DNA of 64,000 nt from Cyanobacteria bacterium auto_48_18 (GTDB lineage: Bacteria; Cyanobacteriota; Vampirovibrionia; Obscuribacterales; Obscuribacteraceae), in the NCBI GenBank assembly GCA_036170915.1, contig JAVHQC010000011.1, positions 121,215-185,214 of the forward strand, in the 5' to 3' direction. The notes under the pieces are model-generated. The model searched no databases. It had not been told where the DNA came from and saw nothing but the letters and a program-made list of their open reading frames with translations. Position numbers and translations under genes: made by a program. Position 1 is the first letter of the stretch, and each line of letters starts with the position of its first letter. Shown in pieces: positions 10,451 through 19,430 of this stretch.

Positions 10451-11155
10451 ATGGCCAAAATTCTTTTAATTGAAGATGAAGCCGACACAGCCGAAGCTAT
10501 CACTGATTGTCTTCAATTTGCAAATTATACGGTGGAATGGGTTGACACGGCCCCTGAAGGCTTGCAGAGACTCTTCATCTACGACTATGATCTGGTGGTG
10601 CTTGACTGGAACATCAAAGCCGAAAGCGGCCTTGAGCTTTGCGCCGATTATCGCAGGCGCGGCGGCATTGTGCCTATTCTTTTTGTCACTGCCCGTGACG
10701 CTGTGCAAGATCGCGTGGCCGGCCTTGACACCGGTGCCGATGACTATTTAACCAAGCCTTTTTCGTTAGATGAACTATTGGCCAGGGTAGGTGCCATTTT
10801 AAGGCGACCGCGGATAGCAAAAATATTTGATATTTTGCAAGTGGGCAATCTTACCTTAGATCGCAAATGTGGCCTGGCTAAAGTCGGCGACAAAGAGATT
10901 GTTTTACACGCCAAAGAACTGGCCTTACTCGACTTTTTCATGCGCAATGAAAATCAGTTTTTCACAGCAGAAGAACTTCTGAATCGACTCTGGAGTTCAG
11001 AATCAGATTCTACAGAGCAGGCAGTACGCAAATGCGTAGGTCGTCTGCGACAGAAGTTAGATAGCGAACTTGAGCCGGGCTATATCGTCAATGTCAAAAA
11101 TCTGGGCTATAAAGTCTCTAAGCCAGATTCCAATTATGTGCCATCCAGCGATTAG
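10451..11155 (+). CDS. OmpR-family response regulator
   Basis: IEDE, VVLDW, GADDYLTKPF, winged-helix C-terminus. Confidence 0.96.
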   Translation: MAKILLIEDEADTAEAITDCLQFANYTVEWVDTAPEGLQRLFIYDYDLVVLDWNIKAESGLELCADYRRRGGIVPILFVTARDAVQDRVAGLDTGADDYLTKPFSLDELLARVGAILRRPRIAKIFDILQVGNLTLDRKCGLAKVGDKEIVLHAKELALLDFFMRNENQFFTAEELLNRLWSSESDSTEQAVRKCVGRLRQKLDSELEPGYIVNVKNLGYKVSKPDSNYVPSSD

Positions 11156-11180
11156 GCTTTTCTTTACCAACCAATTTTGA

Positions 11181-11214
11181 TGTCCAGTTAGTGTCTACCT
11201 GGCTAAGTTATGGT
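11181..11214 (+). promoter_or_regulatory. TGTCYA direct-repeat box plus -10, copy 2
   Basis: TGTCCA-N5-TGTCTA-N11-TATGGT. Confidence 0.6.
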
Positions 11215-11255
11215 GCTCTTGTTGGAGGCCGTACACTTCAAAAAGTGAGCATGAT

Positions 11256-11924
11256 ATGGAAGAGAAAATCTATGAATCGTTGGACAAACAGCAATTAATC
11301 GCTGCTCCTACAGACTTTAGCGAACTGATATCTTCACCGACTTTTTTCAAAGACTTCAATACCCTTACTAGCTCGAATGCCAATAATACCGGCTTACCTG
11401 ATGTCACCATTATTGGTACTAAAGGTGCCGACGGTATCATGCGCGATGCCCAAGGGAATCCGTCATTTATGTCAGATCTTGATATTACTGCGCGAATTGA
11501 CCTTGAATCGACATTAAGCAGCAAGAATTTTGCTGATGCCACCAGTGCTTTTGATGCTTTTCACGATGATGCTCGAGTGATGAAACCTTTGTTTGCTGAA
11601 GACGAGCTTACTCCCATGGACCTCTATTCGTCTTCAAACTATCTGCTACCTGCCCAGATTAGCCATGGTGTGAGCTTTATCAAGGAAAATTTTGATCGCC
11701 TCGATTTGATGGATGGTGCTGCCGACCACACAATTACTAGAAGTGGCCTTGCCAGTGCTGCTAGCCTTGAACAACAGCGAATTTCGGAAAAATTCAGCCA
11801 ACTGCTTGAGATAAATCAAAAAAGACGCCGGGGTACTGGATCTACTTTTGAACCAGAGGCGGTGACTACTTTTGAGTTTGACCACATTGATGAAATCATC
11901 AAGGCTGACAAAAGCATTCAGTAG
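11256..11924 (+). CDS. Hypothetical protein
   Basis: 222-aa ORF; LPDVTI at aa 47-52; weak EF-hand-like segment. Confidence 0.75.
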   Translation: MEEKIYESLDKQQLIAAPTDFSELISSPTFFKDFNTLTSSNANNTGLPDVTIIGTKGADGIMRDAQGNPSFMSDLDITARIDLESTLSSKNFADATSAFDAFHDDARVMKPLFAEDELTPMDLYSSSNYLLPAQISHGVSFIKENFDRLDLMDGAADHTITRSGLASAASLEQQRISEKFSQLLEINQKRRRGTGSTFEPEAVTTFEFDHIDEIIKADKSIQ

Positions 11925-11932
11925 TTCTTCCC

Positions 11933-11966
11933 TGTCTATTTAATGTCCACATGCCGGTGCTATTGT
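11933..11966 (+). promoter_or_regulatory. TGTCYA direct-repeat box plus extended -10, copy 3
   Basis: TGTCTA-N5-TGTCCA-N11-TATTGT. Confidence 0.6.
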
Positions 11967-12000
11967 CTTGACATCGACCCGCTGATTAAGGAGTTTATTC

Positions 12001-13113
12001 ATGGCCACTTCATTTGAACCGACCGGTGATAGTATCGCCGCTAAGTTACAAGATACGACACAGACATATTCGCTATCAGAAGTCACTCAAGATTTGATGG
12101 ATGCACACGCCCACCGTCCAGGGCTGATTGGCGATGATATGAAGAAAGCAACCGAATCATTGCATGAAGCCGGCGTTTTGAAAGATTTCGAAATTGTTGG
12201 AATAAACGGCAAAGACTTAATAGCTCGCGATACTAACTTTAATACGTCTGTTTTAGTAAATACTGAAGACCCAACAACCATGCGTGCTCTCTCAAGTGAG
12301 TTGACTGAAACACCAATTGGTCAGCATGGAAGGATGGCCAGCCTGGCCCAAGACGGCTCGGGCAATTACACCGTATCTGGTGGCGACTCTGCCTGGAAGG
12401 TGGCTCGAGATTTACTATCAACCCGTGGCATGGAGTCACCCACAGACAATCAAATCGCCAATTACATCATAGAGCTTGAACATCATAATGAGCGCAGTCT
12501 CGCACAGCTGCAAGTTGGGGATGTCATCAATGTGCCGCCTATGATCAAAGACGGCGAACAAACAGATTTCGCCCCGGCCCCTACTCCTGAACCTGTTACT
12601 CCAGAGGTCGTTACACCTGAAACTGAGACAACGGATACTGAGACAACAGACACTGTCAGCCCAGACACAGCTACTGAAGTAAGCCCCGAAGTTGTTACTC
12701 CTGAAGTTACTCCTGAAGTGACTACTGAGGTTGTTCCTGACACTGTGGTAGATGCCACTTTCGATAGTCTCGAGAATATGCCGCTTACTCAGGGTATGGC
12801 CGACGCACAAAAAGCCATTGTCGAATTGACTGAAGACGACTTGGCCGTAGGTTATGAACTGGCCAGGCAAGGCTTCCAGGTACTGGGTGTCGGCACAAAT
12901 TGGACAGATAAGACTTCCATATCTAATGCCATGGCTGTGGAAGGCCGCAGCGAGTCGGAAATTAAAGCCCTGGCCACTCTTCTAGAAAAATATGATGAGA
13001 TTCGTACTTCTGATGACGGTTATCTCTATCCAGGCGACATCGCTGACTGGCGGCAAGTGCAACTTAAGAAAATAGATGATGCTCTTGCTGCGGCATCGCC
13101 GCCAGTGCAATAA
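12001..13113 (+). CDS. LysM-domain protein with an acidic Pro/Thr/Glu repeat linker
   Basis: YTVSGGDSAWKVA...LQVGDVINVP; TPEV repeats; AAGGAG RBS. Confidence 0.8.
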   Translation: MATSFEPTGDSIAAKLQDTTQTYSLSEVTQDLMDAHAHRPGLIGDDMKKATESLHEAGVLKDFEIVGINGKDLIARDTNFNTSVLVNTEDPTTMRALSSELTETPIGQHGRMASLAQDGSGNYTVSGGDSAWKVARDLLSTRGMESPTDNQIANYIIELEHHNERSLAQLQVGDVINVPPMIKDGEQTDFAPAPTPEPVTPEVVTPETETTDTETTDTVSPDTATEVSPEVVTPEVTPEVTTEVVPDTVVDATFDSLENMPLTQGMADAQKAIVELTEDDLAVGYELARQGFQVLGVGTNWTDKTSISNAMAVEGRSESEIKALATLLEKYDEIRTSDDGYLYPGDIADWRQVQLKKIDDALAAASPPVQ

Positions 13114-13208
13114 AAAGTTTGTCAGTGGGGACAAGCAAAGTGTCTGATTGCCTTATAGGCATTCAGACTTTTTGCTTAGTGGCAATAAGTACTTCGCCTC
13201 ATTCACTT

Positions 13209-13457
13209 CTAAAAGACTTTTTTGAAAAATTTCTTGGTTTCTTTCAGACCTTTTTTGGTGCCACCAACTGTGACATTGACCCCTTTCTTTACCCCACCAA
13301 CAGTGACATTAGCACCTTTCTTAACACCGCCTGTGGTTACTCTAACGCCCTTCTTCACTCCACCTGTGGCGTAGCCTTCGGCTTGGGCCGGCAAGCTAAG
13401 AGTTGGCAGTACTGCTAATACTATTAATGCTGCAATTAAAATCACCAATTTATTCAT
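13209..13457 (-). CDS. Small exported basic protein with 11-aa repeats
   Basis: Signal peptide (AQA); about 4 copies of VTVGGVKKGxN. Confidence 0.75.
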   Translation of the reverse strand: MNKLVILIAALIVLAVLPTLSLPAQAEGYATGGVKKGVRVTTGGVKKGANVTVGGVKKGVNVTVGGTKKGLKETKKFFKKVF

Positions 13458-13474
13458 TGATTGTCTTCCTTAAC

Positions 13475-14155
13475 TTAAAACTCGCTATCACCTAGTGGTG
13501 CATTTCCACTCTGACCGTACTGCGGCTCCTGATAATTGTTTTGTGAACCATAGTTGGCATCAACGTTTTGCCCTTGCGGCTGGCCAATTAAGTTACCGCT
13601 GCTGTTACCGTAACTTACAGCTTGTTGCCCATAAGAAGCAACTACGTTTTGTGGAGGAGGTGAAGACGAGTGCGGTAACATGGGGTTGTAAGGCAGCCTT
13701 TCGTTCAATTCTATTTTAATATTGGCCACAACTTTAAGCTGCCCACCAGGAAGGTTGTTGGCAAAAAATGTGTGTTGAGTGCGCCCGACAAAGTATTTCT
13801 CGTCACCATGAGACTCAATCACGCCTTCATAAAGGTCGCCAGAAGTGCGGTATGTGCCGTTAGGGTTCTGGTAGATGACGTTGCCTCGCATTTGAATGCC
13901 GTCGCGTATATCTGCAGGTACGGGGCACCACTGCATCCACTGGGCTTTCATGCCGTTGACAGAAATTTGAATATGTTCCCGGCCAAAGAGCCACGGCCCT
14001 GAATATGATTTGGCGGCAGCGTTAAGGTCGAAGTAGTGTTTGCCCGTACTGGCGTCAGCACGTAAAAGCGTGTCTGTAGAACTGGCATAGTGAGCCTCTT
14101 GCTGGCGCGGCAGCTCTGTGTAATTGTCGTCTTTGATTTCAGCAGTGAGTTGCAT
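13475..14155 (-). CDS. Hypothetical protein with a Q/N/G-rich tail
   Basis: ATG 14155 with GAGG RBS, just after the TPR gene stop. Confidence 0.7.
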   Translation of the reverse strand: MQLTAEIKDDNYTELPRQQEAHYASSTDTLLRADASTGKHYFDLNAAAKSYSGPWLFGREHIQISVNGMKAQWMQWCPVPADIRDGIQMRGNVIYQNPNGTYRTSGDLYEGVIESHGDEKYFVGRTQHTFFANNLPGGQLKVVANIKIELNERLPYNPMLPHSSSPPPQNVVASYGQQAVSYGNSSGNLIGQPQGQNVDANYGSQNNYQEPQYGQSGNAPLGDSEF

Positions 14156-14165
14156 TGTTTCAGCC

Positions 14166-15416
14166 TCACTGATGAGTTTTGGTTTTAGCTGTTGCACCGA
14201 AAACATGCAGATGTTTGCGCGCCATGGCATCGCTTTCACTGTCTTTTTTCAATTCTTTCAGCACGTCGGAGTAAATGCGCGGCATCTCATAGAGTTGCTT
14301 TCTATCTGCAACAGATAGAGTTTCATATGCAGGCAAAAGATCCTTAAGTAGTTTTTCCGCTTCTGTTTGTCTGGCATGTCGCCTGAGGAAATGCGCATAT
14401 TCAATTGTGCATTCAATGGTTTTGATTTTTGCGTCACGATGATTTTGGTTGGCCGCCGACAGTGTGGCTTGATAAAGTTTTTCCGCCTCGCCGGCTTTGC
14501 CGGTTTGATCAAGGCTGCGGGCCAGATTTAACTGATGCACAAAGGTGTCGGGATGATTCTCGCCTTTAAGCTTATTGTGCAAAATCAGTGCTTTTTTATA
14601 GGCATCAATGGCGGCATCATGGGTATTTTCTTCGGCATGGCAGAGACCAAGATAATGGTATGACTTAATTTGCCCTGGAATATCATTGAGAGTGGAATAG
14701 ACAGCCAGAGCCTGTTTGAAGTAATCCACAGCTTCTTTGTTGTAATTATGTTGATAGAACATGGCGCCAAGGTTAAAGAGATCTTGGGCTGTTTCTTTGT
14801 TGTTCTTTCCCAGGGCATTTTGATCGAGGGTGAGAGCTTCGAGGTAGAGCACCTTAGCTTCTTCAATGCGCTTCATTTCAGTATAAAGATTGGCCAGATT
14901 GGTCAAGGTGGTGGCTAGTGATGTCGAATTTTGTGCCTGACGTTTGCTACCAATGGTTTGCTTGTAGAGGCTCTCGGCTTCTGCGTCTTTGCCCAATTTG
15001 TGAGCGATTAAGGCTAAATTGCCACGGGTCTCAAAAACTTTGTCGCTGGCAGGCCCTAGCAACTTTTCTCTTATGGCCAATGCTCTCGCCAAATCATCAT
15101 GAGCTTCTGCGTAGCGTTTTTGTTTTATATAAAGGTGCGTCTTAGAGTTGAGAGTCTCAGCCAGGTGAAGCTCGTCTTTTTCTTTTAGAGCTTGAGCCGC
15201 TGCAGCTGCCCAGTGGTTTTCAGCCTCGCTAAAACTACCTTGCAAAAATAGAGATTCGGCTTGAGTTTCTTCTTCTTGCCACTTAGCTCCTGGCGCTGAG
15301 CTGTCTTCAGCCAGTGCCAAGTGAGACGTAACTATGAAACTGCAAAGTAGTAGCGATAAGCATGGCAAAAACTTGTATCTTTTGCCTGTCTGTCGGGCAA
15401 CAATAGAATTCAGCAA
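14166..15416 (-). CDS. Exported TPR protein (kinesin-light-chain-type repeats)
   Basis: Signal peptide; repeats such as TLTNLANLY...AKVLYLEAL. Confidence 0.88.
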   Translation of the reverse strand: MLNSIVARQTGKRYKFLPCLSLLLCSFIVTSHLALAEDSSAPGAKWQEEETQAESLFLQGSFSEAENHWAAAAAQALKEKDELHLAETLNSKTHLYIKQKRYAEAHDDLARALAIREKLLGPASDKVFETRGNLALIAHKLGKDAEAESLYKQTIGSKRQAQNSTSLATTLTNLANLYTEMKRIEEAKVLYLEALTLDQNALGKNNKETAQDLFNLGAMFYQHNYNKEAVDYFKQALAVYSTLNDIPGQIKSYHYLGLCHAEENTHDAAIDAYKKALILHNKLKGENHPDTFVHQLNLARSLDQTGKAGEAEKLYQATLSAANQNHRDAKIKTIECTIEYAHFLRRHARQTEAEKLLKDLLPAYETLSVADRKQLYEMPRIYSDVLKELKKDSESDAMARKHLHVFGATAKTKTHQ

Positions 15417-15490
15417 CGGGCTGCTCCTGAAGCGGCGGCGGTTCGTCGGATGTTAACAGTAGAGTAGGCCATTGAGGTCTAGCTGGTCAA

Positions 15491-15528
15491 TTGACAAACT
15501 TGGGCATGGTACCATATATAGATATGGT
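15491..15528 (+). promoter_or_regulatory. umuDC promoter with a dyad operator candidate
   Basis: TTGACA at 15491; palindrome ACCATAT-ATAG-ATATGGT at 15511-15528. Confidence 0.5.
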
Positions 15529-15543
15529 GAGGCGGAAAGGCAA

Positions 15544-15948
15544 TTGTCGGAAAAAGACCAGAGCACTCCAGATTTACTCAGCGAAAGCAGGCGCTCTGCC
15601 GGTTTCCCTTCGCCTGCCGACGACTACCTTGAGTTAAAGCTGGATCTCAACAGCTTGCTAATTAAGCACAGAGAGGCCACGTTTTTTTTACGAGTTGAAG
15701 GTGATTCCATGATTGGTGCTGGCATTCACAGCGGCGATTTGATTATTGTCGATCGTGCTCTTCAGGCTCAGCACAAAAAAGTAGTTGTTGCTGTTTTAGA
15801 TGGCGAATTGCTCATCCGTCGGCTGTCGTTGCAAGGCAGCGAAGTAAGTTTATTGGCAGAAAATAGCAATTATCCGGCCATTGTTGTGTCAGAATCAACC
15901 GCCTTTGAGATCTGGGGCACTGTCACAAATGTCATTCACGAGCTTTGA
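15544..15948 (+). CDS. umuD: UmuD-like S24 peptidase (Pol V accessory subunit)
   Basis: [22 protein letters not shown]; start uncertain (TTG 15544 after GAAAGG). Confidence 0.9.
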   Translation: MSEKDQSTPDLLSESRRSAGFPSPADDYLELKLDLNSLLIKHREATFFLRVEGDSMIGAGIHSGDLIIVDRALQAQHKKVVVAVLDGELLIRRLSLQGSEVSLLAENSNYPAIVVSESTAFEIWGTVTNVIHEL

Positions 15949-15962
15949 AAAGGGATGAATAC

Positions 15963-17246
15963 ATGGTTGAAGCCGAAAGATTCGCCCTGATTGACTGCAA
16001 CAACTTTTACGTTTCATGTGAAAGACTTTTTAATCCGAAGCTTGAAGGTCGGCCTGTAGTCGTGCTTTCTAACAACGATGGCTGTGTGGTCTCGCGATCA
16101 AGTGAGGCTAAAGAACTGGGAGTAAAGATGGGGGTGCCTCTTTTTAAGATCGCCGATCTGGTGAAGCAAAAAGGCATCGTTACCCTGTCGTCAAATTATG
16201 CGCTATACGGTGACCTTTCTGAACGCATCATGAGCATTTTGAGAAATTTTAGCCCCTCACAAGAAATTTATTCCATTGACGAATGTTTCCTAGATTTTAG
16301 CGGAGTTAGTGATCGCATAGCTCATGGCCGGCAGATTCGTCAGTGTATCAAGCAGCAAGTCGGGGTGCCTGTTTGTGTCGGCATCGCCGAGACAAAAACC
16401 CTGGCTAAGCTAGCCAATGCTACCGCTAAGAAACGCACTGAATGCGGTGGCGTCTTTGATATTTCAGCTTTAAGTCAGACAGAGCGACTCGCGCTTTTTG
16501 CCGCCACGCCGGTGGGCGACGTATGGGGTATCGGGCGCAAGCTGGTGGAGCGCTTAGAAAATATTGGCATCAAAACGGTAAAAGACTTTCACGACAGCGA
16601 TTTAGAAAAAATGAAAGAGCTTTTTAGTGTTGTTGTCGAACGCACTGTGCGCGAGCTGCGGGGCCAATCGTGTCTTTCAATGACCGAAATCGCGCCGGTA
16701 CGAAAACAAATTCTTTCATCGCGTTCGTTTGGCACATATGTTTATGAGCTCAGTGATCTGGAACAAGCGGTAGCCACGTATATGGCTACGGCAGCCTTAA
16801 AACTTCGCACTGACGAGTCTCTGGCTGGTGCCTTGCAAGTATTTATTAAAACCAACCGCTTTGCCGCTCCTGAAGACCTCTATTCGCAGACTGCCACGGT
16901 CACTTTAAAAACTCCTACCGATGATTCCATTCAACTGGTTAAAGCGGCCATTACTGCTCTTCGGCAGATATATAGAAAGGGATACGCTTATCAGAAAGCC
17001 GGTGTCTGCTTACTTGATCTCAGCTCAATCAATGAACGCCAACTGTCACTTTTTCAATCGGAAGCTTCAGTCAGCCGCTCAGAGAAAATTATGAAACTGA
17101 TGGATGCTACCAATTCCACCATGGGTCGCGGCACTCTTTATTTAGCCGCAGAAGGACAAAATCACAGCTGGCAAATCAAAAGCAATTTTAAGAGCCCAGA
17201 ATATACAACCAGCTGGAAAGAATTGCCTGTTGCTCATGCCAAATAA
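15963..17246 (+). CDS. umuC: Y-family DNA polymerase V catalytic subunit
   Basis: [30 protein letters not shown]. Confidence 0.96.
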   Translation: MVEAERFALIDCNNFYVSCERLFNPKLEGRPVVVLSNNDGCVVSRSSEAKELGVKMGVPLFKIADLVKQKGIVTLSSNYALYGDLSERIMSILRNFSPSQEIYSIDECFLDFSGVSDRIAHGRQIRQCIKQQVGVPVCVGIAETKTLAKLANATAKKRTECGGVFDISALSQTERLALFAATPVGDVWGIGRKLVERLENIGIKTVKDFHDSDLEKMKELFSVVVERTVRELRGQSCLSMTEIAPVRKQILSSRSFGTYVYELSDLEQAVATYMATAALKLRTDESLAGALQVFIKTNRFAAPEDLYSQTATVTLKTPTDDSIQLVKAAITALRQIYRKGYAYQKAGVCLLDLSSINERQLSLFQSEASVSRSEKIMKLMDATNSTMGRGTLYLAAEGQNHSWQIKSNFKSPEYTTSWKELPVAHAK

Positions 17247-17315
17247 CTATATAGAACTGCGCTGAGCTGCTAAAGTACTGGCAAACAGGAGACTGGCAAA
17301 CGGGGGACCACTTCA

Positions 17316-18416
17316 ATGCAGAATCAACAACTTGCGCCCGCCACCAGGCAGTCACCAGTAACCTTAGTTTTAATAGGCGTATTTTTGCTCGCCAATTGCG
17401 TCCTTGCCTACTGGTTTGCGTCGCCTTATCTGGCAGTAGACTCGTTGAGAAAAGCAGCCGAGGCCGGCGACGCCACCAAACTGGCCAGACTTATGGATGT
17501 CCCTTCAGTCAAGAATAGTCTGGCATCGCTGCAAGATTCTGCCATTATAGACATGGCGCTGAGCCCCAAAGGCATTGCTAATCTCTTCAGTTGCAGCAAC
17601 CTGGTTTCTGGCAATGAGAACATGGCAGGAGACAAAGCAAATGTAGATGCGGCCACCGGCATGCAAACCATTGGTGTGGCACCAGAAGTCGAGCCGAATA
17701 CAATTGATTCGAGTAGTTATGATTCGCTTGATCAATTTGTCTCTCACCATGAGCAAAAGTTTTCCGGACAAGGCGTAACTTTTGTTTTAAAACGCTCAGG
17801 ATTATTTTCATGGCAACTGGCGTCGATTCAGTTTCAAGCACCGCAGACAGTGCACACGCCTGTGTTTTTTGTAGGTTACTTGTATGATGAAACACCTGAA
17901 GGCATCAAAGACGTTCAACTTTATGACAGACTTTTGGCCATTAATAATGCGCCGGTGGTCGACTATCCTACAGCTGTGCAGCAGTTCAAGTCGTCTGGTA
18001 ATTCAGCTGAGATTGCTGTTTTGAGAAACGGTGAGGTCAAGACTTTTAGAGTCAGTAAAAATGCTGGGCAAAAATTTGGTTTTGTCTTAAGTGGTTTTGT
18101 CGGTCGGCCGTTACCTGAAGTACTGGCAACACCAGCAGCCCTTGATGTTAATGCCCTGATTGACTTAATGAAGCAGCAAAGCCCATCAGCTGCTGCAGCT
18201 CTGGTGCAGCAAGGACAAATGATTCTCTTACAGCCGCAAACGCAAATACTACGTGGGCAGGCAAAGAACATTCCCATTGACGCTAATAATGGCGTGGCGG
18301 TAATGCAAGGCCGATTAGTGGAAGGCCCTGTAGTGGCCGGTGCAGGTGGTGTACCCGGACGCACTTATTGGATGCTGCTTTCCAACTTTCCTGAAATTGC
18401 GCCGCCAGCTAAATAG
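17316..18416 (+). CDS. Membrane-anchored DUF2939-like plus PDZ-like protein
   Basis: TM followed by SPYLAVDSLRKAAEAGD...DVPSVK; DRLLAINN...VLRNGE. Confidence 0.6.
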   Translation: MQNQQLAPATRQSPVTLVLIGVFLLANCVLAYWFASPYLAVDSLRKAAEAGDATKLARLMDVPSVKNSLASLQDSAIIDMALSPKGIANLFSCSNLVSGNENMAGDKANVDAATGMQTIGVAPEVEPNTIDSSSYDSLDQFVSHHEQKFSGQGVTFVLKRSGLFSWQLASIQFQAPQTVHTPVFFVGYLYDETPEGIKDVQLYDRLLAINNAPVVDYPTAVQQFKSSGNSAEIAVLRNGEVKTFRVSKNAGQKFGFVLSGFVGRPLPEVLATPAALDVNALIDLMKQQSPSAAAALVQQGQMILLQPQTQILRGQAKNIPIDANNGVAVMQGRLVEGPVVAGAGGVPGRTYWMLLSNFPEIAPPAK

Positions 18417-19215
18417 GGCCGTAGGCGCCTGATGCGGTTTGACTGAGCCTTGTGTTTTCGTTCTCTTCTACTTTGTCAGAGGCAAAAGCGTCGGGCAGTA
18501 TTTCGGTGACGGTAATTGTCTGAGAAAATTGGTGGGTAGGCTGAGTCGCAATTGCTTCAGGCAATGCAGTGGTTTCATCGGTCGCATGTTGAGCGATGAC
18601 TAATTCACTGGCAATGGCTTCACTTACAACAGCTTCGCTGGAGACTGCTTCACTCGAGACTGCTTGCTTAACAGTTTTAGTTACCGTTGCAAGTTTTAAC
18701 TGAGCAATTGTATTTGTGGGAACTTTATTTATTTTAGTAGCCACCATCTGTGGTGCCCATGGGCTCTTTTTACGCATTGTTTGAGCTAGTTCACTCAGTA
18801 CTTTTTTGCCTGCATAGCAAACTACGTTGCCAATGCCTGATATAGATAACCTGTCTGCTGCGGCTTTGGAAAGATCAATCACACGTTGTCCTATATAAGG
18901 TCCGCGATCAGTTACTACCACTTCTACTTTTTTGCCGTTTTGCGGATTGAAAACAAGAAGCTTAGTGCCAAAGGGCAATGTCTTGTGAGCGCAGGTCAGT
19001 TTGTTCATATCATAAGTAGTGCCTGAAGCCGTTCTACGACCATGAAAACTTCCGCCATACCAGGAGGCGATGCCACCGAAAAGTTTTTCGATATCGTTAT
19101 TAGCGCATGCTTGGGTGGCCAATACAGGATTTGCCAGACTGCAAATAACAATGAAAAGGGCTACCGCTGTGCGCGCAAAAGTGCGGCAAACTCTGCTGTT
19201 TAACATATGAGTCAT
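18409..19215 (-). CDS. rlpA: RlpA-family septal lytic transglycosylase (DPBB)
   Basis: GIASWYG, TASG, AHKTLPFGT, DRGPY, IDLS. Confidence 0.92.
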   Translation of the reverse strand: MTHMLNSRVCRTFARTAVALFIVICSLANPVLATQACANNDIEKLFGGIASWYGGSFHGRRTASGTTYDMNKLTCAHKTLPFGTKLLVFNPQNGKKVEVVVTDRGPYIGQRVIDLSKAAADRLSISGIGNVVCYAGKKVLSELAQTMRKKSPWAPQMVATKINKVPTNTIAQLKLATVTKTVKQAVSSEAVSSEAVVSEAIASELVIAQHATDETTALPEAIATQPTHQFSQTITVTEILPDAFASDKVEENENTRLSQTASGAYGPI

Positions 19216-19235
19216 TACTATTCCTTCAAATGTTC

Positions 19236-19383
19236 GCCACCTCCGGCATCGGATAGACGCGGAAAATACGCTGTTGCGTACTCACGCACTATTGCAAGAT
19301 GCAGCCGGTGGCTTGCTCAGGTGCCTGACAGAGCGTCAGGCACAACAGCTGTATAGCTGTTTTTCTGTCGCCTACTTACGACA
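19236..19383 (-). ncRNA. Candidate structured 5' leader RNA of rlpA
   Basis: Three adjacent perfect hairpins plus a multibranch domain ending next to the RBS. Confidence 0.4.
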
Positions 19384-19430
19384 AATAAACATGCGCTGGG
19401 TTCCTGATTGTAAATTAATCGTGCTTAAGG

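Noticed and set aside
19236..19383. Known c-di-AMP (ydaO) or c-di-GMP-I riboswitch
   Set aside because: Consensus segments (GCUGAAUCC, CCCGAACCC; GGCAAAC, GACGCAAA) not found
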